Below, in pieces: positions 16,029 through 25,347 of a DNA stretch of 64,000 bases. The DNA lies in NCBI GenBank assembly GCA_019308745.1, contig JAFDHO010000001.1:13905-77904 (forward strand), given 5' to 3'. Position 1 is the first letter of the stretch. Each line of letters starts with the position of its first letter. The notes under the pieces were generated by a model that saw only the letters and a list, made by a program, of their open reading frames with translations, was not told where the DNA came from and did not search any database. The DNA is from Deltaproteobacteria bacterium. Lineage in GTDB: Bacteria; Desulfobacterota; DSM-4660; Desulfatiglandales; HGW-15. Both the position numbers and the translations under genes were made by a program.

Positions 16029-18389
16029 ATGAACGGAACCATGAAGACAGAACCCGGAATAAACAGACTCCTGGAACCCTTTGAAGTCCTGGACCTGACA
16101 GATGAAAAGGGAAGTTTCTGTCCCTACATCCTGAGTCACCTGGGGGCCTCTGTCACTCGCTTGGAGAGCAGGGAACCCAAGAGGGATTTCTGGTGGTGGG
16201 CCTATGACAGTCAAAAGAAGAGGCTCGAGGTCGATATTGAAAGAGAACAGGACAAGGCCCTCTCACTTGTGAGAAGGGCGGATTTTCTGGTTGAGTCTTT
16301 TCCTCCCGGGCATATGGACAGAATTGGCCTGGGATATTCTGCCTTGAAGGAACTCAATCCCCGACTCATCTACACCTCCATTACCCCTTACGGACAAACA
16401 GGCCCCTACAAGGACTATAAGGCCTCTGATCTTGAGATCATGGCCATGTCTGGCGTCATGTATGTCCTCGGGGATCCGGATCGCCCTCCCGTGAGAATCA
16501 GTTTCCCCCAGTCCTATCTCTTGACTTCGGCGATAGCCGCCGTGGGGACCCTGATTGCCCACCATTGGAGGGAGACGACCGGTCAGGGGCAACATGTGGA
16601 TGTCTCCGCTCAGGAAAGCCTTTATGATGTGCTCATGCAGGCCCCCTATTATTACAAATGGTTTGGAAACGACCCCGCCAGGACCGGGCCCTATAGACTT
16701 GGTGTCTCTGGCGGAATCTTTCTCCACCCCATGATCTGGAAATGCCGGGACGGGCACGTCGCGTACATGATGCAGGGCGGAAAGCTGGGGGCCTATTCAA
16801 ACAGCACCCTGGCGAGGTACATCGAGGAGGAAGGGATCCTGCCGGATCATGTCCGCCAGATCCGGTGGGAAGAACTGGACATGGCCCAGATGACCCAGGA
16901 GAAGATGGAGGAGATCTGGAAGCCCTTTGCCGATTTTTTTTTACGCCACACCGTTGAGGAAATCTACCGGATTGCCCTAAAGGAGCGCATTCAGCTCTTC
17001 CCCGTGAATACGGTCAGGGACATCATCCATGACGAGCAGCTCGAGGCCCGCGAGTACTGGGTTTTCAAGGACATCCGTGAGCTTGGAAAGGAGCTCAAGT
17101 TCCCGGGCCGCCTGGCTAAGTTATCATTTCCTGATCAAGGGGGTGAGAGCGGGGAAAGAGCCGGCCCCAATGAAAGCCCTGAAAGACCCCCCTTTGAAGG
17201 CCTCAAGATTGCTGATTTTTCATGGGTCGCAGCCGGTCCTTGGGTCACCACGTGGCTGGAAGGTTATGGCGCCGAGGTCGTCAAGGTTGAATCCATAAAC
17301 CGTCTGGACGCGACCCGGGTCTCGGGACCTTACTTGGACAACAGGCCCGGCCCCGATCGTTCGGGGATGTTTCTTGTGTTCAACGGAGCGAAAAAGAGCC
17401 TTACCCTCAATCTCAATACTCCGGGCGGAAGAGAAATCGCACGCAAATTGGTCAAGTGGGCGGATGTGGTGGTTGAGAGCTTTGCCCCGGGACAGATGCG
17501 CAGATGGGGTTTGAACTACGAGGAGCTTTGCAAGTTAAACCCCAAGCTCATCATGCTGAGCGCATCCATGATGGGTGCGACAGGACCCCACGCGGAACAG
17601 CCCGGGCTGGGACTCCAGTTAACCTCCCTTGCGGGGTTTACCTACCTGACCGGATGGCCCGATAGGGACCCCCCTTATATATGGGGCGCCTACACGGACA
17701 TTCCTGCCTCCAGAATAGGGGCCAGTGCCCTTCTGGCGGTCCTTGATTACTACCGACGGAGCGGAAAGCCATGCTATATCGACCTTTCCCAGTATGAGGC
17801 CAGCCTCCATTTCCTTTCGCCCCTGATCCTTGAATTCCAGGCAACCGGTAATCCAGGCAACAGGATGGGAAACCGTTCCCCTATTGCATCTCCCCACGGC
17901 GTATTCCCCTGCAAGGGAAAGGACCGATGGTGCGCAATATCCGTGTTTAGCGAAGAGGAGTGGCAGGCCCTTTGCCAGGCCATGGGCACACCGGAAACGG
18001 CGACAAACACCCTCTTTTCGACCTTCGAGAAGAGGAAAGAGAATGAAGATGCCCTTGAAGATCTTATTGCATCGTGGACAAGGGGACGTCCGCCTGAGGA
18101 TGTAATGACCCTTCTTCAAGATGCCGGAGTCAACGCCGGTGTCGTGAAGACCAGTGGAGATCTCTTTGCTGATCCCCAGTTTAAACACCGGCGCCACTTC
18201 ATCCCCGTGTCCCATCCTGAAGTGGGAGATTACGAGTACTTCTGTCCCGGTTTCAGGCTGGCCAAGGTCCCTATTAGGGCCGGGAGGGCCCCGTGCCTGG
18301 GAGAACACAACGAATACGTGTGCACCAAGATACTCGGACTGACCGACGATGAGTTTATCGAATATCTCACGTCCGGGGCCCTGGAGTAG
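16029..18389 (+). CDS. Tandem-fused double family-III CoA-transferase (786 aa)
   Basis: Two complete signatures. The first is FEVLDLTDEKGSFCPYILSHLGASVTRLES at the N-terminus. The second is LKIADFSWVAAGPWVTTWLEGYGAEVVKVES near nt 17200. They are joined by a Pro/Glu/Gly-rich linker (DQGGESGERAGPNESPERPP). Confidence 0.8.
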   Translation: MNGTMKTEPGINRLLEPFEVLDLTDEKGSFCPYILSHLGASVTRLESREPKRDFWWWAYDSQKKRLEVDIEREQDKALSLVRRADFLVESFPPGHMDRIGLGYSALKELNPRLIYTSITPYGQTGPYKDYKASDLEIMAMSGVMYVLGDPDRPPVRISFPQSYLLTSAIAAVGTLIAHHWRETTGQGQHVDVSAQESLYDVLMQAPYYYKWFGNDPARTGPYRLGVSGGIFLHPMIWKCRDGHVAYMMQGGKLGAYSNSTLARYIEEEGILPDHVRQIRWEELDMAQMTQEKMEEIWKPFADFFLRHTVEEIYRIALKERIQLFPVNTVRDIIHDEQLEAREYWVFKDIRELGKELKFPGRLAKLSFPDQGGESGERAGPNESPERPPFEGLKIADFSWVAAGPWVTTWLEGYGAEVVKVESINRLDATRVSGPYLDNRPGPDRSGMFLVFNGAKKSLTLNLNTPGGREIARKLVKWADVVVESFAPGQMRRWGLNYEELCKLNPKLIMLSASMMGATGPHAEQPGLGLQLTSLAGFTYLTGWPDRDPPYIWGAYTDIPASRIGASALLAVLDYYRRSGKPCYIDLSQYEASLHFLSPLILEFQATGNPGNRMGNRSPIASPHGVFPCKGKDRWCAISVFSEEEWQALCQAMGTPETATNTLFSTFEKRKENEDALEDLIASWTRGRPPEDVMTLLQDAGVNAGVVKTSGDLFADPQFKHRRHFIPVSHPEVGDYEYFCPGFRLAKVPIRAGRAPCLGEHNEYVCTKILGLTDDEFIEYLTSGALE

Positions 18390-18579
18390 TAAAGGCCCTG
18401 GGAAAGGGATAGGTGCAAGCACGCAGGAGAATGGAAGTAGTGGAATACTGGAAAACCCATCCCGCCATTCCACGTTCCCCATTGAGTCAAGGGACAAAGG
18501 CCACGATCATGGGCGTTTTACAGGTATTCACCGGCTTTATTGAAAGAACAGCATTATCGTTTGGAAATAGGAAAAGGAG

Positions 18580-20097
18580 ATGAAGACGATGGAAAAGGAT
18601 ATTTCCAGTATGCGCAGTTCCCTGGAGTTCTTAAAGGCAGAAGGCGACGTCATGGAAATCAAAGAGGAAGCGGATCCGATCCTCGAGATCTCAGCGATCA
18701 CCAAGTCTTTCGATGGAGGCCCGGTCCTTCTCTTTGATAAGGTGAAAGGCTACCCCGGCGTGAGGGACGTGTCCAATGTCATGGCCAACGAGAGTATCTA
18801 CCCGAAACTTTTTGATGCATCAAATGACAAAGAGATGATGCGTCGTGCCCACCACGCCTTGCTCAATCCCATTCCTCCCAGGGTGGTTGAAGAGGCGCCC
18901 GCGCAAGAGGTGGTGATCAAGGAGGATATCGACGTCTTCAGCACCTTGCCCATTCTGCTTCATACGGAAGAGGATGCCGGAAGGATCCTGGGTGGCCTCA
19001 ATGTCCTCATTTCCGGCAAGTACTTCGATGGCGGGCATGAGATATCCTTCAAACGGACCCACTTCCAGGATCGGGATTGGGGAACCATCATGGCGGGCGA
19101 TTCAACCCACATCGGAAAGATAATCAAGAGGTTCAGGCCAGAACCCATACCGGTGACCCTCAATCTCTGCACGCCGCCGGCGGTTCTCCTGGCTGCCGGA
19201 GGGACCTATCTCCACGCCATGATTCCCTTTGGATCCGATGAACTGGGTTTTGCAGGAGGCCTCCAGGGATATCCCGTGGATATCGTCAAGGCCAAGACGG
19301 TCGATGCCTATGCCGTTGCCCAGGCCGAGTGGGTGGTGGAGGGATACATCGAGACGGCCCCTACCCATTGGGAGAGTGAAAAGGCCGCCCAGGCAGGCAA
19401 GTGGGAGGTTGCCCCGTTCTTCCCCGAGTATACCGGCTACCTTGGTGGCTCCGTCAAGACAAGCGGCTTCAAGGTTACTGCCATCACGCACAGGGAGGAC
19501 CGTCCGATCTTCTACTCTCCCCTTGCCCACTCCTTCGAAGGAGAGAACCTGATGCGTCCCTTCCGTGCAGCGTCCATGTATGAGTGGGCCCGCCGGATCA
19601 CGGATCCCGCATTCATTGCCGACGTCAACGTACTCCAGGGGCAAAAGGGACTCCTCGGGGTTGTTTTCCAGGTGAGCAAGTCCAAACCCAGGTTCGAGGG
19701 ATACCAAAAGACGCTCCTGTACAATATCCTGACCCTCCCCGAGGCGCCTCAGGTCGGTATTGCGGTCGATGAAGATGTGGACATCTATTGCGCCGAGGAC
19801 GTCATCTGGGCCATGACCACGAGGGTCAACCCGGAAACCGGGATTGTCAGGGGCTGGGGTGACAGGCACAGGCAGGGGAATCCCATGGAAGACCTCTCCC
19901 AAATAAGCGGCCTCCAGGGGTTTTACGGCATAGACGCCACAGTCCCCTTTGATCACCCGTTGAAAATGGTCTTCAGGCAGGGGAAATACCCCGTGGATAA
20001 GATTGACCTAAAGAAGTGGTTCACAGAAGAGCAGATCCATGCAGCCAGGAGTCGCCAGTGTGAATATGCCAAGGTTATCGCAAAACGAGGTTCCTGA
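18580..20097 (+). CDS. UbiD-family (prenyl-FMN dependent) decarboxylase
   Basis: 505 aa. The N-terminus MRSSLEFLKAEGDVMEIKEEADPILEISAI...VLLFDKVKGYPG is typical of UbiD-like carboxy-lyases. Confidence 0.8.
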   Translation: MKTMEKDISSMRSSLEFLKAEGDVMEIKEEADPILEISAITKSFDGGPVLLFDKVKGYPGVRDVSNVMANESIYPKLFDASNDKEMMRRAHHALLNPIPPRVVEEAPAQEVVIKEDIDVFSTLPILLHTEEDAGRILGGLNVLISGKYFDGGHEISFKRTHFQDRDWGTIMAGDSTHIGKIIKRFRPEPIPVTLNLCTPPAVLLAAGGTYLHAMIPFGSDELGFAGGLQGYPVDIVKAKTVDAYAVAQAEWVVEGYIETAPTHWESEKAAQAGKWEVAPFFPEYTGYLGGSVKTSGFKVTAITHREDRPIFYSPLAHSFEGENLMRPFRAASMYEWARRITDPAFIADVNVLQGQKGLLGVVFQVSKSKPRFEGYQKTLLYNILTLPEAPQVGIAVDEDVDIYCAEDVIWAMTTRVNPETGIVRGWGDRHRQGNPMEDLSQISGLQGFYGIDATVPFDHPLKMVFRQGKYPVDKIDLKKWFTEEQIHAARSRQCEYAKVIAKRGS

Positions 20098-20308
20098 TCG
20101 CTGCCGGCATCCTCGCATCAGGAGGGGAAAACGAGGTATCCGCCTGTGACCCCGTGAGCAATGCCCCCCCTCACAGGTCCGACGATGATTCCTTTCAGCG
20201 GGGTTCATTTCGAGCCGACCCTGTGATAGGATTGCTACTGGAGGCACTATCCCTCGGCCCAACCTGCGGGCCGTGCAAACAAATTATGGAGAAAGGGGGA
20301 CCCTATTC

Positions 20309-20476
20309 ATGACTAACGCCAAGAAAGCAGAGATGATGGTCAGGTGTAAGAACTGCATAAAGCGGTTTGAAGTGAAGCCCAAGGCGGACAAGGCAAAATG
20401 CCCCCATTGTGGCGTGGAGTACCGCATATCCTGGCCGAAACCCGACCTGCCCTACATCAGGGGACTGGCCAAATAG
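20309..20476 (+). CDS. Small zinc-ribbon protein (55 aa)
   Basis: MTNAKKAEMMVRCKNCIKRFEV...KCPHCGVEYRI has two CxxC knuckles. ATG at 20309 after AAAGGGGGA. Confidence 0.5.
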   Translation: MTNAKKAEMMVRCKNCIKRFEVKPKADKAKCPHCGVEYRISWPKPDLPYIRGLAK

Positions 20477-20503
20477 GCCCCGCTATCCCTAAGGAGGATT
20501 CGG

Positions 20504-22393
20504 ATGCAAAAACAGAAGATTGGTTACGTTGACCTGTCCACGGGCGAAATCCAAACGAGGGAGATTCCTGAAATCATGCGCAGAAAATTCCTCGGGGGCC
20601 GGGGTATTGATATGTACTTACTCTACAACCATGTCAAGCCGGGATGCGATCCTCTGGGACCTGACAACGTATTCGTAGCCAGCGCAGGGCTCCTCAGTGG
20701 GACCCTTGCGCCTTCCTGCTCCCGATTTCACGTGGGTGCCAAGTCTCCCCTCACCGGATTCATAGGCAGCGCCAACAGCGGAGGGTATTTCGCCCCAGAG
20801 CTCAGGTTTGCCGGGTTCGACCATATCCTCGTCAGGGGAAAGGCCAAGAACCCCGTCTATCTCTTCGTAAATGATGGCACCATTGAGATCCGAGATGCCT
20901 CCCAGATCTGGGGACACGACACCATCGAGACCCAGGAGCTGATCAAGGAGGACCTCAATGACCAGCAGGTGAAGTCCATCTGTATTGGTCAGGCGGGAGA
21001 GAATCTTGTGCGATTCGCCAACGTCAGGACCGGCCAGAAGAATGCGGCAGGAAGGACGGGCATTGGCGCAGTCATGGGATCCAAGAACCTCAAGGCGATA
21101 GCTGCCCGCGGGACCCTCGGGGTTGAAATCGCACACCCGGATGAGGCGTTCGAGGTCTACGAAAAGATGCTCCAGGTTGTCCTGAGAAGTAAGGCCACCC
21201 GTGCCATTCAAGAATACGGGACCATGGTCACCTTCAACACCTCCAATACCTCGGGTCAAATAAGGGTAAAGAACTTCATGACCAACACCCTGGAGGACTC
21301 GGAACAGCTGGAACCCGAATACTTCTACGAAAACTATACCATAGGAATGGCAGGGTGCTTCGGGTGCCCCATCCACTGCCGCCACAAGTACATTGTGCCG
21401 GAAGGCCCCACTGCGGGCACTTACACGGAGGGCCCTGAGTACACCACCCTTGGCGCCTTCGGCACCGAGCTCTACTGCAAGCGAATCGAGACGGTCCTCA
21501 GGGGGAACCATCTCGCCAACATGTATGGATTCGACACCCTGGAGTTCGGCAGCATGGTCGCGTGGGCCATGGAACTCTATGACAGAGGGTTCATCGATGA
21601 CAAAGTGACCGGGGGTCTCAAGCTGGAATGGGGCGACGAGGATGCCATATTTGAACTGGTGGACCAGGTCACATTCAGACGGGGCTTCGGAGACATCCTT
21701 GCAGAAGGACCCAAAAGGGCCATTGAAAAGCTCGGGGATGAGACCGCCTATTATAACATCAATATCAAGGGCATGAGCAATTTGCACTCCGATGAGAGGG
21801 CTATCCCCTCCTTTGCTTTGGGGATCGGAACGGCCACTAGGGGTTCTGACCACCTGAGGAACCGTCCCGTCACCGATCTCTTCAATCTTCCCAAGAAAGT
21901 GTTGAAAGATCATTATGGTTTTGATGTGGTCAATGACTATTCTGCCTACGAAACAAAGGGCAAGGTCATATGGTGGCATGAGACCTACAACCCGATCACG
22001 GACTCCGTAGGCATATGCAGGATTGCCACGATCACCTTTAGCCTTAACAGGCTCAATTTCAAGGAATATAGCGAACTCATCCGCGTCATGACAGGTATGG
22101 AATTCACGCCCGAGGAATTGCAGCAGATCGGGGAGAGGATCTATACCACCGAGCGTCTGTTCAACATTCGAGAAGGAGCGACGAGGAAGGACGATTATCC
22201 CTCCGAGCGCTATTTCAAGGAACCAACTCCCGCTGGGCTGCCGAAGAATCGGGGCAAGACTATCGACCGGAAGAAATACGACATGATGCTGGACGAGAAC
22301 TACGCAATGCATGGCTGGGACAAGAGGGGAGTGCCCAAGAAAGAAACCCTCCAGAAACTGGGGCTGGACAAAGAGCCTTCTCACATCATCTGA
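20504..22393 (+). CDS. Tungsten-pterin aldehyde:ferredoxin oxidoreductase (AOR family)
   Basis: IGYVDLSTGEIQTREIP...FLGGRGIDMYLLY N-terminus, CFGCPIHC [4Fe-4S] motif, 629 aa. Confidence 0.9.
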   Translation: MQKQKIGYVDLSTGEIQTREIPEIMRRKFLGGRGIDMYLLYNHVKPGCDPLGPDNVFVASAGLLSGTLAPSCSRFHVGAKSPLTGFIGSANSGGYFAPELRFAGFDHILVRGKAKNPVYLFVNDGTIEIRDASQIWGHDTIETQELIKEDLNDQQVKSICIGQAGENLVRFANVRTGQKNAAGRTGIGAVMGSKNLKAIAARGTLGVEIAHPDEAFEVYEKMLQVVLRSKATRAIQEYGTMVTFNTSNTSGQIRVKNFMTNTLEDSEQLEPEYFYENYTIGMAGCFGCPIHCRHKYIVPEGPTAGTYTEGPEYTTLGAFGTELYCKRIETVLRGNHLANMYGFDTLEFGSMVAWAMELYDRGFIDDKVTGGLKLEWGDEDAIFELVDQVTFRRGFGDILAEGPKRAIEKLGDETAYYNINIKGMSNLHSDERAIPSFALGIGTATRGSDHLRNRPVTDLFNLPKKVLKDHYGFDVVNDYSAYETKGKVIWWHETYNPITDSVGICRIATITFSLNRLNFKEYSELIRVMTGMEFTPEELQQIGERIYTTERLFNIREGATRKDDYPSERYFKEPTPAGLPKNRGKTIDRKKYDMMLDENYAMHGWDKRGVPKKETLQKLGLDKEPSHII

Positions 22394-22410
22394 GAGCGAG
22401 GAAAGCGACG

Positions 22411-22917
22411 ATGGAAAAGACTATTCTTGTAGATGCAACCAAGTGCACGGGATGCAGGACATGCGAACTGGTCTGCTCGGTCAAAAAGGAGGGAATCGCA
22501 AATCCTTCAAAGGCGCGAATCACGGTGATCCGCTTTGAGGATATCGTGTTTGAAGTCCCCATGATCTGCCAGCAATGCGCGGATGCGCCGTGCATGGCCG
22601 TATGTCCGGTAAAAGCCATTGGTCGCGACACCGATTCCGGGGTAGTACATGTGGACGATGATCGATGCATCGGGTGTAAAGCCTGCATGAGCGTATGCCC
22701 CTTCGGCGCCCTGGGTTTTGACCCCGTTGACAAGCGGATGTTCAAATGCGACCAGTGTGAGGGGGATCCGCCCTGCGTGAAGTTCTGTGAACCCGGGGCC
22801 TTGCAATATGTCGATGTTTTTTCTGTGAGGGCCAGGAAGAGCTGGGACAGGGCACGAAACCTCTCAGAGATCGCCCGGAAATTCCATCCGGAATCAGCGC
22901 GCATGGATCTGCCTTAG
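22411..22917 (+). CDS. Polyferredoxin with four [4Fe-4S]-type motifs (AOR electron-transfer subunit type)
   Basis: Four cluster motifs: CTGCRTCELVC, CQQCADAPCMAVCP, CIGCKACMSVCP and CDQCEGDPPCVKFC. Confidence 0.85.
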   Translation: MEKTILVDATKCTGCRTCELVCSVKKEGIANPSKARITVIRFEDIVFEVPMICQQCADAPCMAVCPVKAIGRDTDSGVVHVDDDRCIGCKACMSVCPFGALGFDPVDKRMFKCDQCEGDPPCVKFCEPGALQYVDVFSVRARKSWDRARNLSEIARKFHPESARMDLP

Positions 22918-23007
22918 GCCGCGGGATGAGTAAGGATCCGGGGTCCAGGGGACCAGGCTTCGGGCCACTCTCTGAAAGGGCTATGGTCACCAGCAACTGA
23001 CAGTGTA

Positions 23008-23135
23008 GAGAAGCCAGAATCCAGAAGCCAGGAACCAGAAGAACCTTGATGTCCCTTTGCTTCCGCATATTCATCATACTGGGCTGAGCGTTGGCGAAAA
23101 CATTATTATTCTGGATTCTGACTCCTGGATTCTTC
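23008..23135. repeat. Low-complexity palindromic intergenic element, family copy 1
   Basis: CAGAATCCAGAA (23015-23026) is the exact reverse complement of TTCTGGATTCTG (23109-23120). It shares AGAAGCCAGAAT and the 18-mer TTCTGGATTCTGACTCCT with the element at 61041-61146. Confidence 0.8.
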
Positions 23136-23243
23136 AACGGAGTATTAGGGGGAGACCATCTTCTTTGGCTCCAGGGGAACCGGATCTTCGGCGGTCCCAG
23201 GGGGCCCTCCCTACATCAGTGTCCAATTATGTGAGGCAGGCCC

Positions 23244-23828
23244 ATGAGAGAGATCAGGATACACGGCAGGGGCGGACAGGGAGCAGTAACAGCCGGTGAC
23301 ATGATCGTTACCGCGGCCGTGCTTGAGGGCAAATACGGCACCAGCTTTCCCCTTTACGGGGATGCAAGACGGGGCGCTCCGGTTGTGACCTTCCTGGCCA
23401 TCAACGATGCACGGATAAGGCAAAAGACCAAGGTCTACAATCCCGATTGCCTCATCGTGCTCGACCCCCGCCAATACAAATGGCCTCAAACCTATGATGG
23501 TATCAAGCCGGGTGGGGTCCTTATACTGAACTACGGGGATGAGCTTGAAGAGCAACCGCACCCCTGCATACAACGCGCCGGTGCGGTGGACGCCACGAAA
23601 ATAGCCATGGAAGAGATCGGCATCCCTGCCTTCAATACCTGTGTTCTGGGGGCATTTGCCGCCACGACGGGGTGGGTCAAGCTTGATGCGGTCATCTACG
23701 CAATAGAGAAGAGCTTCTCGGGGGAGCTTGCGGCCAAGAACATCACGACGGCGGAAAGGGGCTACCGGGAGGTGAGGATCCGGGAGTGGGCCCTGAAGGA
23801 CAATACTATGAACCAAAGAGGAGCATAA
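23244..23828 (+). CDS. 2-oxoacid:ferredoxin oxidoreductase, gamma subunit
   Basis: IRIHGRGGQGAVTAGDMI signature, and the gene order is gamma-delta-alpha-beta. Confidence 0.85.
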   Translation: MREIRIHGRGGQGAVTAGDMIVTAAVLEGKYGTSFPLYGDARRGAPVVTFLAINDARIRQKTKVYNPDCLIVLDPRQYKWPQTYDGIKPGGVLILNYGDELEEQPHPCIQRAGAVDATKIAMEEIGIPAFNTCVLGAFAATTGWVKLDAVIYAIEKSFSGELAAKNITTAERGYREVRIREWALKDNTMNQRGA

Positions 23829-24100
23829 TGGAGTTTCGGAGCAAATACGAGAATTCCTGGTTCAAGGCGGGGGAAACCCTGGGAAGGCCGGTGAGCGGTT
23901 GGCGATACACCCGGCCCTACCTGGACAGGGATAAATGCAATCGCTGCGGCTGGTGTTACCTCTATTGCCCGGGCGGATGTATCCAGGTACAAGAGGACCT
24001 TTATGTCATAGATTTCGACTTTTGCAAAGGATGCGGAATCTGCGCCAACGAATGTCCCAAGAAGGCCATAACCATGGTGAATGAGGAACAGGAACAATGA
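23828..24100 (+). CDS. 2-oxoacid:ferredoxin oxidoreductase, delta (2x[4Fe-4S]) subunit
   Basis: ATG overlaps the upstream TAA (TAATG). Contains CNRCGWCYLYCP and CKGCGICANECP. Confidence 0.85.
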   Translation: MEFRSKYENSWFKAGETLGRPVSGWRYTRPYLDRDKCNRCGWCYLYCPGGCIQVQEDLYVIDFDFCKGCGICANECPKKAITMVNEEQEQ

Positions 24101-25320
24101 GCGTTGCCCGTGAAATGAAAAGGAATATAGAGGTATGTGATGGTAACAAGGCAGTGGCCTACGGGGTCTTACTCAGCCGACCCGACGTGGTGGCCGTGTA
24201 TCCCATCACTCCCCAGTCCGCAGTGGGTGAATGGCTCTCCCGCTGGTATGATGAGGGGAAGCTGGACGCTGAAGTGGTCCGCGTGGAGGGTGAAAATTCC
24301 TCCATGGGCGTCTGCTGTTCGGCCTCCTTGACAGGAGGGAGAGTCTTTACCGCCACGTCATCTTGGGGACTCCTCTTCATGACCGACGGGCTTCATTACG
24401 CAGCCGGCTATCGCATCCCCGTTGTCATGACCAATGCCAATCGGGAGACCCCGGGAATCTTCACCATCGGCAACAGTTCTCAGGACATGTGGTCCATGAG
24501 GGACACCGGATGGGTGCAAATCAACGTGGAAGACAACCAGGAGATTCTCGACTCCGTGATAATGGCCTACAGGATAGCAGAAGATCCCGAGATCCTCCTC
24601 CCTGTCATGGTCTGCTATGACGGCTTCTACCTCTCCTATCGAAAGGATCCCCTGGAGATACCCGAGCAGGACCTCGTGGACAAGTTTCTGGCCCCCCTGG
24701 GAAAATCCAGGAGGATGGTCATCACGCCTGATGATCCCATGATCTTTGGCGTGCCGAGTTTCTTCCCCCAGGACCAGGGAGAAGGTTGCACCGAGTTTCG
24801 GTACAAGCATAGCGCCGCCCTCGAGAGGGTCAAGGACAAGATCGACAAGGTGGACAGGGACTTTGGAGGCATTTTTGGCAGGAGTTACGGCGGCCAGGTA
24901 GAGGGATACAGGACCCGGGACGTCGAAACGGTCCTGGTAGCCACCGGCAGTTGCGTGGGAACTGCAAAGGTGGTCGTGGACCAGATGAGAGAGGAAGGCC
25001 ATAAGGTCGGGCTTATCAAGGTGAAGTTGTTGAGGCCCTTCCCCAAGGAAAGACTGGCGCAGGCCCTGAAAGGGAAAAAGGCCGTAGGGGTCATTGACCG
25101 AAGTGTCTGTTTCGGATACCATTGCGGGCACCTCTACATGGAGACGAAGGCCGCCATCGCTTTTGGCTCCATCCCACCCGACGTGCCGACGCTGAATTTT
25201 ATAGGTGGTCTTGCCAACCTGGATATTTCATCCGATCACATCAGGAGGGCGATAGACCTTACAAACGCCGCATCCCGCGGGGAGGTTTTCAAGGAAGTTA
25301 CCTGGCTCTCCCTTGAGTAG
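24097..25320 (+). CDS. 2-oxoacid:ferredoxin oxidoreductase, alpha subunit
   Basis: GNKAVAYGVLLSRPDVVAVYPITPQS N-terminus, 407 aa, ATGA overlap with the delta subunit gene. Confidence 0.85.
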   Translation: MSVAREMKRNIEVCDGNKAVAYGVLLSRPDVVAVYPITPQSAVGEWLSRWYDEGKLDAEVVRVEGENSSMGVCCSASLTGGRVFTATSSWGLLFMTDGLHYAAGYRIPVVMTNANRETPGIFTIGNSSQDMWSMRDTGWVQINVEDNQEILDSVIMAYRIAEDPEILLPVMVCYDGFYLSYRKDPLEIPEQDLVDKFLAPLGKSRRMVITPDDPMIFGVPSFFPQDQGEGCTEFRYKHSAALERVKDKIDKVDRDFGGIFGRSYGGQVEGYRTRDVETVLVATGSCVGTAKVVVDQMREEGHKVGLIKVKLLRPFPKERLAQALKGKKAVGVIDRSVCFGYHCGHLYMETKAAIAFGSIPPDVPTLNFIGGLANLDISSDHIRRAIDLTNAASRGEVFKEVTWLSLE

Positions 25321-25347
25321 GGGATAGGCCCATTGAGAGGGTAAACC

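Noticed and set aside
20618-22384. A 588-aa ORF antisense to the AOR gene. Similar long antisense ORFs occur at 11189-12307, 27796-28818, 36015-36932, 41278-42444, 43686-44537, 51138-52004, 53649-54521 and 54383-55522.
   Set aside because: In every case the opposite strand encodes a protein with unmistakable family motifs. The antisense translations are Arg/Gly/Pro-rich and motif-free, as expected for shadow ORFs in GC-biased coding DNA.
22990-23140. Short-period repeats that might suggest a CRISPR array (also at 46254-46509 and 61041-61146).
   Set aside because: The units are 6-9 nt, degenerate and arranged as inverted arms. There is no repeat-spacer periodicity of 25-40 nt, and no cas genes are present.
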